Shown piece by piece: positions 18,914 to 30,100 of a stretch of 64,000 nt of DNA. The notes under the pieces are model-generated. The model made no database searches and was not told the DNA's origin. It saw only the letters and a list, made by a program, of their open reading frames with translations. This DNA comes from a virus (taxonomy: Duplodnaviria > Caudoviricetes): positions 1,910 through 65,909 of the IMG/VR virus record IMGVR_UViG_3300046010_000754; one strand, 5' to 3'. Position 1 is the stretch's first letter. Every line of letters begins with the position of its first letter. The position numbers were made by a program, and so were the translations under genes.

Positions 18914-19374
18914 ACTTGACCAAGAACTTCACCTTGTCCGAGATGGTCAAAAGCGACACTGCCCTGCGCCACGACATGGACAACACGCCGAACGAGGTGC
19001 AGATCGCCAGCCTAAAGTTGCTGGCCGAAAAGGTGCTTCAGCCCGTGCGTGACCACTACGCCAAAGGCGTCAAAGTCAATTCTGGGTTCCGCCACCCCGA
19101 GGTCAACGCCAAGGTAGGCGGCTCTCGCACCTCTGACCACTGTCACGGCATGGCCGCAGACATTGAGATTCCGGGGGTACCAAACCATGAGCTTGCCGAG
19201 TGGATTAAATCGAATCTCTCCTATACACAACTGATCCTTGAGTTTTATACTCGTGGTGTACCGGATTCAGGTTGGGTGCATGTGTCTTACGACCCTGCAA
19301 ACCTGAAAAAGCAGGACTTGACCGCCGTAAAAGAGGGCGGAAAGACTGTGTACTTGCCGGGTCTTCATGCGTAA
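18910..19374 (+). CDS. Endolysin, peptidase M15A (Zn D-Ala-D-Ala peptidase fold)
   Basis: NFTLSEM, VNSGFR, SDHCHGMAADI, WVHVS motifs. Confidence 0.9.
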   Translation: MNLTKNFTLSEMVKSDTALRHDMDNTPNEVQIASLKLLAEKVLQPVRDHYAKGVKVNSGFRHPEVNAKVGGSRTSDHCHGMAADIEIPGVPNHELAEWIKSNLSYTQLILEFYTRGVPDSGWVHVSYDPANLKKQDLTAVKEGGKTVYLPGLHA

Positions 19375-19383
19375 GGTGACGGC

Positions 19384-21486
19384 ATGCCACTAAAGAAGCT
19401 ACTGCTCAAGCCCGGTGTAAACCGTGAGAACACACGGTATACGAACGAAGGGGGCTGGTACGAGAGCGAGAAGATTCGCTTTCGTCAAGGCACGCCTGAA
19501 AAGATCGGCGGGTGGGAGCGTATTTCTTCGGCCACGTTCTTGGGCGTTTGCCGTTCCCTGTGGAACTGGGTGACCCTTGGCGGCATCAACCTGATTGGCG
19601 TGGGCACCAACCTCAAGTTCTACCTTGAAGCTGGCGGTATCTACAACGACATCACCCCCTTCCGCGATCAGGTCACATTGACCAACCCGTTTGAGACTTT
19701 TAACGGCTCGCCGATTGTTGAGGTGACTGACGCCAACGGCGGATACATTGACGGCGACTTCGTGACGTTCTACGGCGCAACCGCTGTGGGGGGCTTGACC
19801 ATCTTCGGCCAATACGAGATCACAGTCACGGGCACCAACACGTACACGATTACAGCAAGCTCCAACGCTTCGTCGGATGCAACGGGTGGCGGCACGGTGT
19901 ACGCGCTCTATCAGATCAACGTCGGCCCTGCGTATGTGGTGCCGCTTGTGGGCTGGGGTGCTGGCCCTTGGGGTGCTGGCCCTTGGGGGGTTGGCCAATC
20001 GTCTACGGACGCCATCCGTTTGTGGAGCCAACAGAACTACGGCGAGGACTTGATCTTCGGCCCCCGAGAAGGCCCAATTTACTACTGGGATGCCACGTCT
20101 GGCTACACCCCCATCACGTTCGCCGCAACCGTGGCCAACCCCACGGTGATTACTGCCGCTGCCGAATACGCTGAAGGCACGCCCTTGCGCTTTGCGCCTG
20201 ACTCTGGAGCCACGCTGCCCGTGGGCATCACCCCCGGCGAGTTGTACTATGTGCGCAACCCCTCGGGCTCCTCGTTCAACATCTCGCTGACTCCTGCGGG
20301 GGCGCTCATCCAAGTAACCGTTGCGGCTGTGGGCACATGCCGCATCCTGTCGAACGCATACTTGCTCAGCGATTTTGGTGGGGCCACGGACGTACCTGAG
20401 CATCAAAACTACTTGCTGGTGTCTGACATCAGCCGGTTTGTGTTTGCGTTCGGCTGCAACGACTACGGCACGTCTACTGTTGACCCGATGTTGATTCGCT
20501 GGTCTGATCAAGAAGACCCCTACAACTGGACACCCGCATCGACCAACCAAGCAGGTTTCCTGCGCCTGTCTCGCGGCTCTGAGATTGTTACCGCCACGCA
20601 GTCTCGTCAGGAGGTGTTGGTGTGGACTGACGCATCGCTGTATTCACTCCAGTACGTGGGTGCACCGATTGTCTGGGGTGCTCAGCTTGTTGGCGAGAAC
20701 ATCTCCATCGTGGGCCAGAACGCTGTAGCGTATGCCAACGGCGTGTCCTACTGGATGGGCAAAGACAAGTTCTACAAATACGATGGTCGCTCACAGACAT
20801 TGAACTGCGACTTGCGCCGCTACGTGTTCTCGGACATCAACACTGCCCAGTACGCACAGGTGGTGGCTGGCACCAACGAGGGGTTCAACGAAATTTGGTG
20901 GTTTTACTGTTCTGCTGGGTCAGACGTAATCGACAAGTATGTGATCTTCAACTACGCCGAGAACGTCTGGTACTACGGCAACATGGCCCGCACCGCATGG
21001 CTGGATTCCGGCCTGCGCAACTTTCCGCTGGCGGCTACGTATAACAGCAACCTCGTAAACCATGAACAAGGTCTGGACGACAACGCCACGGCAACCACAC
21101 TGCCAATCGAGTCGTGGATCATTTCCTCACAGTTTGACTTGGACGATGGTCACAACTTCATGTTCGTATGGCGCGTGCTGCCTGACATCACGTTCGAGGG
21201 CTCTACCGCTGATGCGCCAAGCGCCACGATGTACCTGCTGCCATTGAAAAACTCTGGCTCTGGGTACTCGGTCAACAAAGCCACCAACGCCGACCACTCG
21301 GTGGCCAACGAGAGTTTTGCCAACATCACGCGAATCGCTGCGCTGCCAGTGGAAGAATATACGGGCCAGATTTTCACTCGGGTGCGTGGTCGCCAGATGT
21401 CAATCAAAGTCGAGTCCACCGGGTTGGGCGTGAACTGGCAATTGGGCGCACCTCGTATTGACATGCGTGCAGACGGTCGCAGGTAA
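19384..21486 (+). CDS. Tail nozzle / stabilisation protein (P22 gp10 / T7 gp12-like)
   Basis: 700 aa, beta-propeller-like (IRWSDQED, EIWWFY, ARTAW, RVRGRQ, DGRR end) with inserted beta domains. Confidence 0.75.
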   Translation: MPLKKLLLKPGVNRENTRYTNEGGWYESEKIRFRQGTPEKIGGWERISSATFLGVCRSLWNWVTLGGINLIGVGTNLKFYLEAGGIYNDITPFRDQVTLTNPFETFNGSPIVEVTDANGGYIDGDFVTFYGATAVGGLTIFGQYEITVTGTNTYTITASSNASSDATGGGTVYALYQINVGPAYVVPLVGWGAGPWGAGPWGVGQSSTDAIRLWSQQNYGEDLIFGPREGPIYYWDATSGYTPITFAATVANPTVITAAAEYAEGTPLRFAPDSGATLPVGITPGELYYVRNPSGSSFNISLTPAGALIQVTVAAVGTCRILSNAYLLSDFGGATDVPEHQNYLLVSDISRFVFAFGCNDYGTSTVDPMLIRWSDQEDPYNWTPASTNQAGFLRLSRGSEIVTATQSRQEVLVWTDASLYSLQYVGAPIVWGAQLVGENISIVGQNAVAYANGVSYWMGKDKFYKYDGRSQTLNCDLRRYVFSDINTAQYAQVVAGTNEGFNEIWWFYCSAGSDVIDKYVIFNYAENVWYYGNMARTAWLDSGLRNFPLAATYNSNLVNHEQGLDDNATATTLPIESWIISSQFDLDDGHNFMFVWRVLPDITFEGSTADAPSATMYLLPLKNSGSGYSVNKATNADHSVANESFANITRIAALPVEEYTGQIFTRVRGRQMSIKVESTGLGVNWQLGAPRIDMRADGRR

Positions 21487-21495
21487 GGAACGCAC

Positions 21496-22143
21496 ATGTC
21501 AGGCAACCTCACACAGATTGAACCCCCAGCACTACCGCTGGGGACGGATCAGTACCAGCGACCGTACCAAGATCAGTTGAACAACGTCCACCGTCTGTTC
21601 TACAACCGACTGACCAACATCGTCAACGCCGTGCTTGGTAGCAACGGTGGGCAGTACATCGACTGCCCGAACGGTCTGTTTTTCAGCACCACGGATCAAC
21701 CGATTGCTGTGGTAAACGTGGGCCAGCCGATTGACTTCCCAATCGAGTACCTGAACAACGCAGTTCGAGTGAACTCTGGAACGGACAGCCGGGTGTACGT
21801 GGATGTTGGCGGCATTTACAACTTTCAGTTCTCCGGGCAGCTTCGCAGCAATTCGGGCAGCGCCAAGCAGGTGTACATCTGGATTGCCAGAAACGGAATA
21901 GACATCGGGTATTCCACCCACCAGTACACAGTGTCTGGGGGCAACACCCATTTGAACATCTCGTGGAACTTTGACATTGACTTGGGCGCGGGGGAGTACA
22001 TTGAGATGCAATGGGCATCTGATGACATCGACATGTCGCTGGAAGCTGCCGCTGCAACAGGGGTTCATCCGGGTATGCCTTCGGCGGTGATGGCAGTCAA
22101 CTTCATCGCGCCACTGCCCGTGCCACGACCCACCCCGCCATAA
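21496..22143 (+). CDS. Tail needle/knob-like protein
   Basis: N-terminal helix (DQLNNVHRLFYNRL) followed by a C1q/TNF-like beta domain (GIYNFQFSGQL, GEYIEMQW). Confidence 0.6.
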   Translation: MSGNLTQIEPPALPLGTDQYQRPYQDQLNNVHRLFYNRLTNIVNAVLGSNGGQYIDCPNGLFFSTTDQPIAVVNVGQPIDFPIEYLNNAVRVNSGTDSRVYVDVGGIYNFQFSGQLRSNSGSAKQVYIWIARNGIDIGYSTHQYTVSGGNTHLNISWNFDIDLGAGEYIEMQWASDDIDMSLEAAAATGVHPGMPSAVMAVNFIAPLPVPRPTPP

Positions 22144-22160
22144 CAACGCACCGCTTGGCG

Positions 22161-22189
22161 TTGATTCGCGCTGCGCGGTGAGGGATACT
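22161..22189 (+). promoter_or_regulatory. Possible sigma70 promoter for the ACP-KAS pair
   Basis: TTGATT-17 nt-GATACT in the 74-bp intergenic gap. Confidence 0.35.
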
Positions 22190-22217
22190 ACGTGTCCCTC
22201 TTTACCAAGGTGCGAAC

Positions 22218-22499
22218 ATGAATTTTCTTGAACTTTTTAATGGCGTGGTAGACCTCGCCAAGCCTGTCTCTGCCGCGCAGAGTCACGCCGCATCCATGCA
22301 AGATCAGTTGGCTGATCTTAAATTGGACAGCCTCGACACTATCATGCTGGCCATGTACCTCGGGGAAATCTACGGTATCGAAGAAGACACGATGCGGGAA
22401 ATGGAGGCCACCACGGTCACCGATTTGCAAGCCTTTTTGGAAGCGCACAAAACGCACACTCCAACTGATCTTGAAGCTGAACTGGCGAGGGTCAAATGA
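22218..22499 (+). CDS. Acyl carrier protein
   Basis: 93 aa, acidic; LKLDSLD phosphopantetheine-attachment motif (Ser38); helix II then YGIEE...TTVTDL ACP pattern. Confidence 0.85.
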   Translation: MNFLELFNGVVDLAKPVSAAQSHAASMQDQLADLKLDSLDTIMLAMYLGEIYGIEEDTMREMEATTVTDLQAFLEAHKTHTPTDLEAELARVK

Positions 22500-23602
22500 T
22501 TTACCTCACACACCACCGCAACGCCGGAACAACCCACACGGATGTCATTGAAGACCATCCCTACCCACAACGCATCCACTGGTTCCCCGAGACCTACAAC
22601 AACGTCAAGTCGGGGCTGGTCTACCCAGCGCACGTGCTGGCCAACAAAGTCATCGACCCCAAGCTGATCGACTACGTAAGGGAAAACCCTACATCTGGCA
22701 AGACTGGGTTCATCTTGGCCGCAGGCTCCCAAGGCTGGGCAGGCATCCGGGGCAGGCACGACCAGAAAGACGAAGGGCGCTTGCACTTCAAACTCAAGCT
22801 GCCGCTGGTCACCCTGACCAACATCTACGCAGGGCGGGTTGCCTCCATGTTTGGCCCCATGGACTACGTGTCCACAGACGCCAGCGCATGCGCGTCCAGC
22901 ATCAAGGTCTTGCTGGAGGTGCAGAACCTCATGACCAACTTCGGGTTTACCCGTATGATCGTGCTGGGTGTCGAGGACGCCGTAAACAACTCGACGTTGG
23001 AGTTCTTTGGCCAAGCCAAAGCCAGCCTGATGTACAAGGACGAGGCCACCATCAAGCCATCGGCGTTTGACTCCGTGAACGCAGGGTTCAACATTGGGCA
23101 AGGTGCAGGTCTGGCCATCTTCGAGACCGAACCGGCTGTCAATCCTGCCGCCAAAATGCTGGGCACATACACCGCCGCCGAGGACTTTGCCAACCCGTTG
23201 GGCCAGCGCCCTGACGGTCAGGGGTACCAAAAGGCCATTGAGGGTGCGCTGTACATGGCCAAAATCCCTGCCAGCGATGTCAAAATCGTCAAGACGCACG
23301 GTACAGGCACCCAGACCAACAACACGGCTGAGAAGGCTGCTATCCTTGCCCAGTTCCCCGACTTTGTGGCTACATCCTACAAGCAGCGTGTGGGGCACAC
23401 CCTTGCCGCCAGCGGACTGATGGAGACCAGCATGCTCCTGAACAACCTCAAGATCGGTGTCATTCCCGGCATCGTCAACCGCACTGAGCACGATGATGTG
23501 TTTCTGTCCTATGACGCACCGGCCCGTGAGGGGGTGATCGCAGTTCTGGCCGCAGGCATGGGCAACGTGTTCTCAGCGGCGCTGTTTGATCCTTGTGCGT
23601 AA
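22496..23602 (+). CDS. Beta-ketoacyl-ACP synthase (FabF/FabB-like thiolase-fold ketosynthase)
   Basis: Catalytic triad present: ACAS (Cys132), HGTGT (His268), KQRVGHT (His301); GQGAG motif; ATGA coupling to ACP. Confidence 0.9.
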   Translation: MIYLTHHRNAGTTHTDVIEDHPYPQRIHWFPETYNNVKSGLVYPAHVLANKVIDPKLIDYVRENPTSGKTGFILAAGSQGWAGIRGRHDQKDEGRLHFKLKLPLVTLTNIYAGRVASMFGPMDYVSTDASACASSIKVLLEVQNLMTNFGFTRMIVLGVEDAVNNSTLEFFGQAKASLMYKDEATIKPSAFDSVNAGFNIGQGAGLAIFETEPAVNPAAKMLGTYTAAEDFANPLGQRPDGQGYQKAIEGALYMAKIPASDVKIVKTHGTGTQTNNTAEKAAILAQFPDFVATSYKQRVGHTLAASGLMETSMLLNNLKIGVIPGIVNRTEHDDVFLSYDAPAREGVIAVLAAGMGNVFSAALFDPCA

Positions 23603-23648
23603 TAACATGCCAGCATAAAATATCACATGTTTGTAAAGGCGGAACCTG

Positions 23649-24113
23649 ATGGCAACAATGGTAGACAGCAAGAAGGAGCAGCTATCCATACCTGAGATCA
23701 TCACTCGGGCGGCATATAACGACCCAGTTGAGGGCGTGCCTCCGTACGCTGCTATCTTGTCGATCATCAAAGAAGGCACTATGCCGAACACGGAAGTCAC
23801 GCAGTATGGCAACACCGTGTTTATCACCCACTTCAGTAAAGACCGTGACTTAGCGGTTAACCGTGCGCTGAGCGTCGATTCCGCTAAAAATTTCCTCACC
23901 AACGGGGAAGAATACTTCCGTGACTTGGTGCGTGGGGGCACAAAAAAATACGTTGCGCAATTTGACCGGCCCTCGTTTGCCACAGCGTTTATGGCGTTTA
24001 AGCGCAACCCCATCACGACCAAAATGAAAATGTGGATTGTGCAAACCCCCAAAGGACACACGCAGGTTCGTATTGCTTTGGATGGCGAACTTATTGAGGG
24101 GCGTAGAAAATGA
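23649..24113 (+). CDS. Unknown alpha/beta protein in the position of T7 gp13 / P22 gp14 (possibly GNAT-like)
   Basis: 154 aa, coupled (ATGA) to the first ejection protein; fold assignment is positional inference only. Confidence 0.6.
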   Translation: MATMVDSKKEQLSIPEIITRAAYNDPVEGVPPYAAILSIIKEGTMPNTEVTQYGNTVFITHFSKDRDLAVNRALSVDSAKNFLTNGEEYFRDLVRGGTKKYVAQFDRPSFATAFMAFKRNPITTKMKMWIVQTPKGHTQVRIALDGELIEGRRK

Positions 24114-27100
24114 GTTTTGTTGTTGACGCTATTGAAGATGTAGGCGACGCTGTTGGTGACGCATTAGACTGGGTGATTGACGAGGTTATTGACCCCGTGA
24201 TGACCACGGTCAGCAACGTCATTGAGTCCGCGCTCGACAACCCCGTTAAGACCATTGCACAGATCGCTGCGATTGCCACTCAGCAGTATTGGGCACTCCC
24301 ACTCATTGAAGGTGCAGACGTTGCCGCAAAGGGTGGCGATCTCGGGGATGTGCTGGAAGCCACGGCCAAAGCCTACGTTATGCAAGAAGTGGGCTCGTAT
24401 GTTGGTAAAGCGGCGGGCTCCTACGCAGGTACCGCAGCTACCGAAGCTGGCGCATCTGCGGCTTCTGCCAAGATTGCCGAAAACGTGGTGGGCGCAGCCG
24501 CAGGCTCTGCTGCCGTTGCAGTAGTCTCGGGGCAAGACCCAGTAAAGGCGTTCATTACAGGGGGAGTAGGCGCAGCAATGCCTGCTGTTCTTGGCCAAGT
24601 CAGCGGGTTCAAAGAACTACCCGGAAGCGCCCAACGTGTAATCTCCTCTGCGGTGTCTGCGCAGTTGTCGGGAGGCAACGTCACCGCTGCCGTAATCGGG
24701 TCTACTATTGCCGCCTCGGGCATTGTTACCGATGCGCTGAAGTCTTTTGACCCAGACGGTACAAAACTTGACAACACGCAACGCGCAATTCTGACTGATG
24801 TACTCATGGGCACTGCTACTGCCGCAATAACTGGTGGTAGCCCCTCAAACGTCATTAAATCGGCAATGATGAAAGCTGGCTCCAAGGCGCTTGGAGATAT
24901 GGCCACAAACGCGTTTAAGACCGCTACTGCCGAAGCAACCACCTCATACAACGCCGCATCCAAAGTGGCGGACAAGTTGGATGCAAACCAAGCCGCCCAA
25001 GCTACCGCAGCCAAAAACTACAACGATACAGCGGCGGCGTTGCAGAAAAAGATTGACGAGCAAAACAGACTTCAGACTGCGTACAACAATGCTGTTGCCG
25101 CACACAACGCAAACCCAAGCGAAGCTACTGCTAACGCCGCCAACGCTGCGATTGCAACTTACAACTCGTATGTAACAAACCTCAACAAAGAGTACAACGA
25201 CACGTTCAAACCCGCGCTGGACAAATACGGCGGGGAACTTGATTCGCTCAAGCAAGCGGGTGCGGTGCTTACCGGCGACTACGAAAAGGCTATCAAGGCG
25301 TTCTCAACAAAGACTGACACTATCTCGGACGTACTTGACCCAATCTACCGCACAAGTAATCGTGCGTTCGTAGAGGCGATGGATGACAAGTTTGACGCTG
25401 AGCAGTACCGCAAACTAAACGGGCTGGGTGCCGATGTTGACCCCTACGAGCACTTCTTGTCCAAAGGACAATTTGAAGGTGCGCCAACAAACAACAAGTC
25501 TGCTGAGCCGATCATTGCAGCAGAGCGTACTCGTCTTGTTACTCAGGCACTGGAAAGTAAGGGCGTGACGTTGGCTACGGCTGACCCCGCTGTGGTCTCG
25601 AAGATTCTGGACAACATCGACGCAAAGTACGGCAACAACGTCGGTGCAATGAAGGCGGCGTCCATCCAAGACGTGATCAGCGGAAACACCTCGTCAATCA
25701 ACACGCTGGTTGCAGATCAGCAGAACGGTGTATTCCGAGTCGAGGTTCGCGGTGGCAGCTACGGGGAGTGGAACAAGCCCCCGACAGACCGGTTCACTGC
25801 ACCTGCGGGTACCAAGCTGGCCTCGTTTGAGGCGTTCAACAACGGCACTGCCTCGCTGGTCTACGACACCAAGGGTAACCCAGTGTGGATTGAAAACGAC
25901 CCCCGCACTGCGGTTAAGTCGTGGAATCCAGCCCAAGGCGACACAACTCCAACAGTCACGATTGTTGGCAAGAGGCCAACTGAGCAAGAGAAGATTCTTG
26001 CCATGTCGGAACTGACAGGTGCAGATGCCGTCAACGGTGTGGTCTCGCAAGGCATGATCAATGCCGCCAAGACCCTCGTGGGCTGGGCCAAAGACACCGG
26101 GAACTCTACTGTCATCAACACAGCGGCCAACGTCATCAAAGCAGGCGGCGGGTTCATCGAGTCCATCAACGGCATCTCTGCACTGTTTGGTGCGGTGCCG
26201 AAAGACACGGCCATGGGCAAGTTTGCCAACGCGCTGAACAACATAGGTAAAGCCGGGAATACCGCGCAGTACCAAGCTGCAATCAAAGATGTCAAGGACA
26301 TGATCGGCAACGCCAAGGGCGTAGGCGGCACGCTGGCGGCTATCTACAAAGGCGCCACAACGTACCCGCTGGAGTTTGCTGCTGAGTTCATTGGTGTCGA
26401 AGGCTTCCAAGAGATTGCACCGTTCCTAATCGGTGGTGCAGCAACCACTGCTGCCAAAGGTTTGGCGCTGGCCCGAGGAGTCGGCCAACAACTGGCGACC
26501 CGTATTGGCAATGTGGCGGGTATGACCTCTGCAATCTCCACTGACGTGATCGAGTCAGCCGGTGGCGCTGCCGCAGGCGCGTTCGACGAAGCGTACAAAC
26601 TTGCTATCAAGAACGGCAAGAGCGAAGCTGACGCCACAAAGATTGCGCTGGACATCGCACAGAAATCCGGCATCGTCTCGGGTTTGGTGACCGCTGCCTC
26701 TATGGGGCTGGGCGGGGGTGCACTGGAGAAGGCAATCTTCAACGGCAAAGTCTCGGGTACCGGCTTCGGGGATGCGCTGAACAAGCTGGGCCAAGCTGCC
26801 AAGACCGGCACCCAGATCACCATCAAAGAAGGTGTATCGGAAGCTGGCGAGGAAGGTATCACCCAAGCGTTCTTGGAAGGTCAACTCTACAAGCTCGACC
26901 CGAACCGTGACGTAGCTGCAAACATCACTGCCGCCGCTGCCTTTGGCGCAATCGCAGGTGGCCCTATTGCTGGCACCGCGTACGCTGGCTCACAAGCAGG
27001 TGATGTGCTCTCCAACGCCATGATGGGCAACCCACAGATCGCCAGTGTTTTGGAAACCAACAAGGGCAACCCTGCCGCTGCTGATGCAGCACTGGCCAAT

Positions 27101-30100
27101 CTTGGTATTACCGATAACACGATCAAGTCCAACTTGATGAACGTCGTTGACGATACCAACTACACAAGTAGTCAAGAAGCTGCTGACACGTTGGCCAAGC
27201 GCAGCGATTATTCGTTCACCGGTGACGACGTGACTGCACTGACGGGCAAAGGCACCGATCTCACATTGGCCAGCCGTGTTGAGGCATACGTTGACCCCCG
27301 AGTGTTTGACCTTGCCGAAGTCAAAGCCGCCGCCGCTGCCGAAGGCTATACGCTCACAGACGCAGAAGCCGCCAAGTTGGTTGGCCAAAAGGATGAAGCT
27401 GCGGCCACCTCCGCCGCACGTGCCGAGTTTGACCCCAAGGCGACCAACTACGACGAAGCCAAGTCATTCTTTACCGACAAGGGCTACACACCCTCTGCGG
27501 ACGAGATCAAGCAGTTTGTCGGTAGCAAAGCTGAGTCCACACAGACCAAGGCTGTTGCAGACTACGTGAACCCTCGTCAGGTAACAACTGAGGAGGCAAA
27601 GAAGTACCTCACTGATCTGGGGTACAAACCAACCGATGCAGAAGTCAAACGGTTCGTTGGGCAAGTCAATGAAGCCGAGCAAGCCAAGGCCATCGGCACT
27701 TACGTTGACCCCCGCATGGTGGACGAGGGTGAGGTCAAGGCTGCATACGAATCACTGGGGCTGAAGAAGCCTACCGCCGATGACCTCAAGAAGTTGATGG
27801 GGCAGTACGATGAGACTGGGCTGACCGCCAAGGCTACTGAGTACCTGCCAACCGCACGGTTCAACTCCATCATGGCGCAGCTTGACGAGATGAGTTCTGG
27901 CGGTGTCAGCCAAGAAGCAAGGGACGCAATTGATCTGGTGCGTAAAGACCTCACGAAGTCGATTGCCGATACGGGGTTGGAGGTTGCCAAGGTTGCACTG
28001 AAGGTTGATAACGCCAAGGCCGATCTGGAAAAGGCCATCACCACTGCAACCAAAGGCTTGGCCACGCCTGCGGACGTGGATGCGGCTATCGCCAAAATTC
28101 AGTTCCCTGCTGGCCTGTCCAAAGAGGATGTCTCGTCTGCAATCAAGACTTACATGGAGGCCAACCCCGGCCTTAGCTTGGAAGACGTTGCGACAAAGAT
28201 CAGTGAAGCAACAAAGGGGCTGGCCACTTCTGAGGGCGTTAAGACCGAGATAGCCGCGGCTATCAAGGGGCTCGCCACAACCAAAGACATTGAGACTGCG
28301 ATCTCAAACATCAAGTTCCCTGCGGGGATCACCAAAGAAGATGTTGCCGCTGAGATCAAGACTTACATGGAGGCCAACCCCGGCCTATCCCTCGCGGATG
28401 TTGCATCGAAGATTGGGGATGCGACAAAAGGGCTTGCCACTTCTGAAGGTGTCAAGACCGAAATAGCTGCGGCAGTCAAAGGACTCGCAACCACTCAGGA
28501 CATTAAAGACGCCATCGCTGGGATTGAGTTCCCTGCGGGGCTGTCTAAGGATGATGTCTCGTCTGCAATCAAAATCTACATGGAGGCCAACCCCGGCCTG
28601 TCTATCGACGAAGTTGCAACGAAGATCGGTGATGCAACCAAAGGACTGGCTACTCCAGAGCAGGTAAAGACCGCAATCGAAACTGCGTTGACAGGGGTTG
28701 CCACAACCGCCGAAGTCAAAACTGCAATCTCAGACGCGCTCAAAACCACTGAAGGTCGGTTCGACACAATCGACAAAGCCATCCAAGACTTGCGTGACGC
28801 AGGGCTCACGGCAGAAGACGTTAGGGCTACGGTTGATAAGATCGTAGGCAGTGCTGGTACAGACAAAACTGCGGCCACGGGCATCTACGCGCACATCGAC
28901 GGGGTGAACACCAAGATCGACAACATCAATACGTTGATCGGTGCACCTGCCGAGGGCGATACGGCTGCGACTGGCCTGTACGCCAAGATTGCCGAGAACG
29001 AAGCCGCTGGCATGAAGCGCGAGGAAGCAACGCAAAAAGCGATTGCCGATGTTGCCGCTGACCTTGGCACCACCAAAGCCGACTTGCTCAAGTCGTTGGG
29101 CACCACCGAAGGCAACCTCACTCGCAAGATTGAGGGGCTGGAGACTGCACTGACGACCACCGAGAAGAACATTCTCGACAGAGTGAAAGAGTATGAGAAG
29201 GCTGGGCTTACCCGCGACGAGGCTACTCAGAAAGCCATCGAGACTGTTGCCGCAGACCTTGGCACTACCAAGGCAGACTTGCTCACTGCGCTCGGTACAA
29301 CGGAGGCAAACCTCACCAAGTCAATGACTGACCTGAGCACTCAGGTGTCTGACTTGAGCACCAAACTCGGGGACGTAGAGACCAACATCTTGTCGAAGAT
29401 GGCGGACTACGAAAAAGCTGGCATCGGTCGAGATGAGGCGCTGTCCAAAGCGATTGACGATGTTGCCGCAGACCTCGGCACCACCAAAGCAGACCTGTTG
29501 AGCCAGATTGGTACGACAGAAGCCACCCTGAAAGAAGAAGTCGGGCTGGTCGAAACAAACCTTGGTGCCAAGATTGCTGACGCCAAGGATGAAGTCCTCA
29601 AGGAACTGGGGCTGGCCAAGACTGGCCTGAGCGAAGAAATCTCAGCGTCCGAAGGAAGAACGGCTACCAAGATTGGTGATGTCGAGACCAACATCTTGGC
29701 AAAGATGGCCAACTACGAAAAGGCTGGCATTGGGCGCGACGAAGCATTGAGTAGGGCAATCGACGACGTGTCTGCCGAACTTGGCACCACACGCACTGAC
29801 ATCCTTACACAGATCGGCAAGACTGAGGCGAACCTCAAAGCTGATCTGGCCAGCACCAAGACTGAACTGAAGACTGACATCGGCACCGCCAAACAGGAAG
29901 TGCTGGACAGGGCGGCTGAGTACGAGAAGGCGGGTATTGCACGCGACCAAGCACTTCAGTTGGCGCAGGCAGACATGGCCAAGACCTTGGGTCAAGGCAC
30001 ACAGCAAGCCACGCAGTCTGATCTGGACGCAGTGATCAACCTGCTGCAAACCCAAGGTGCGTACGATGCGCAGTACGACTACAACGGCGACAGGGTAATC

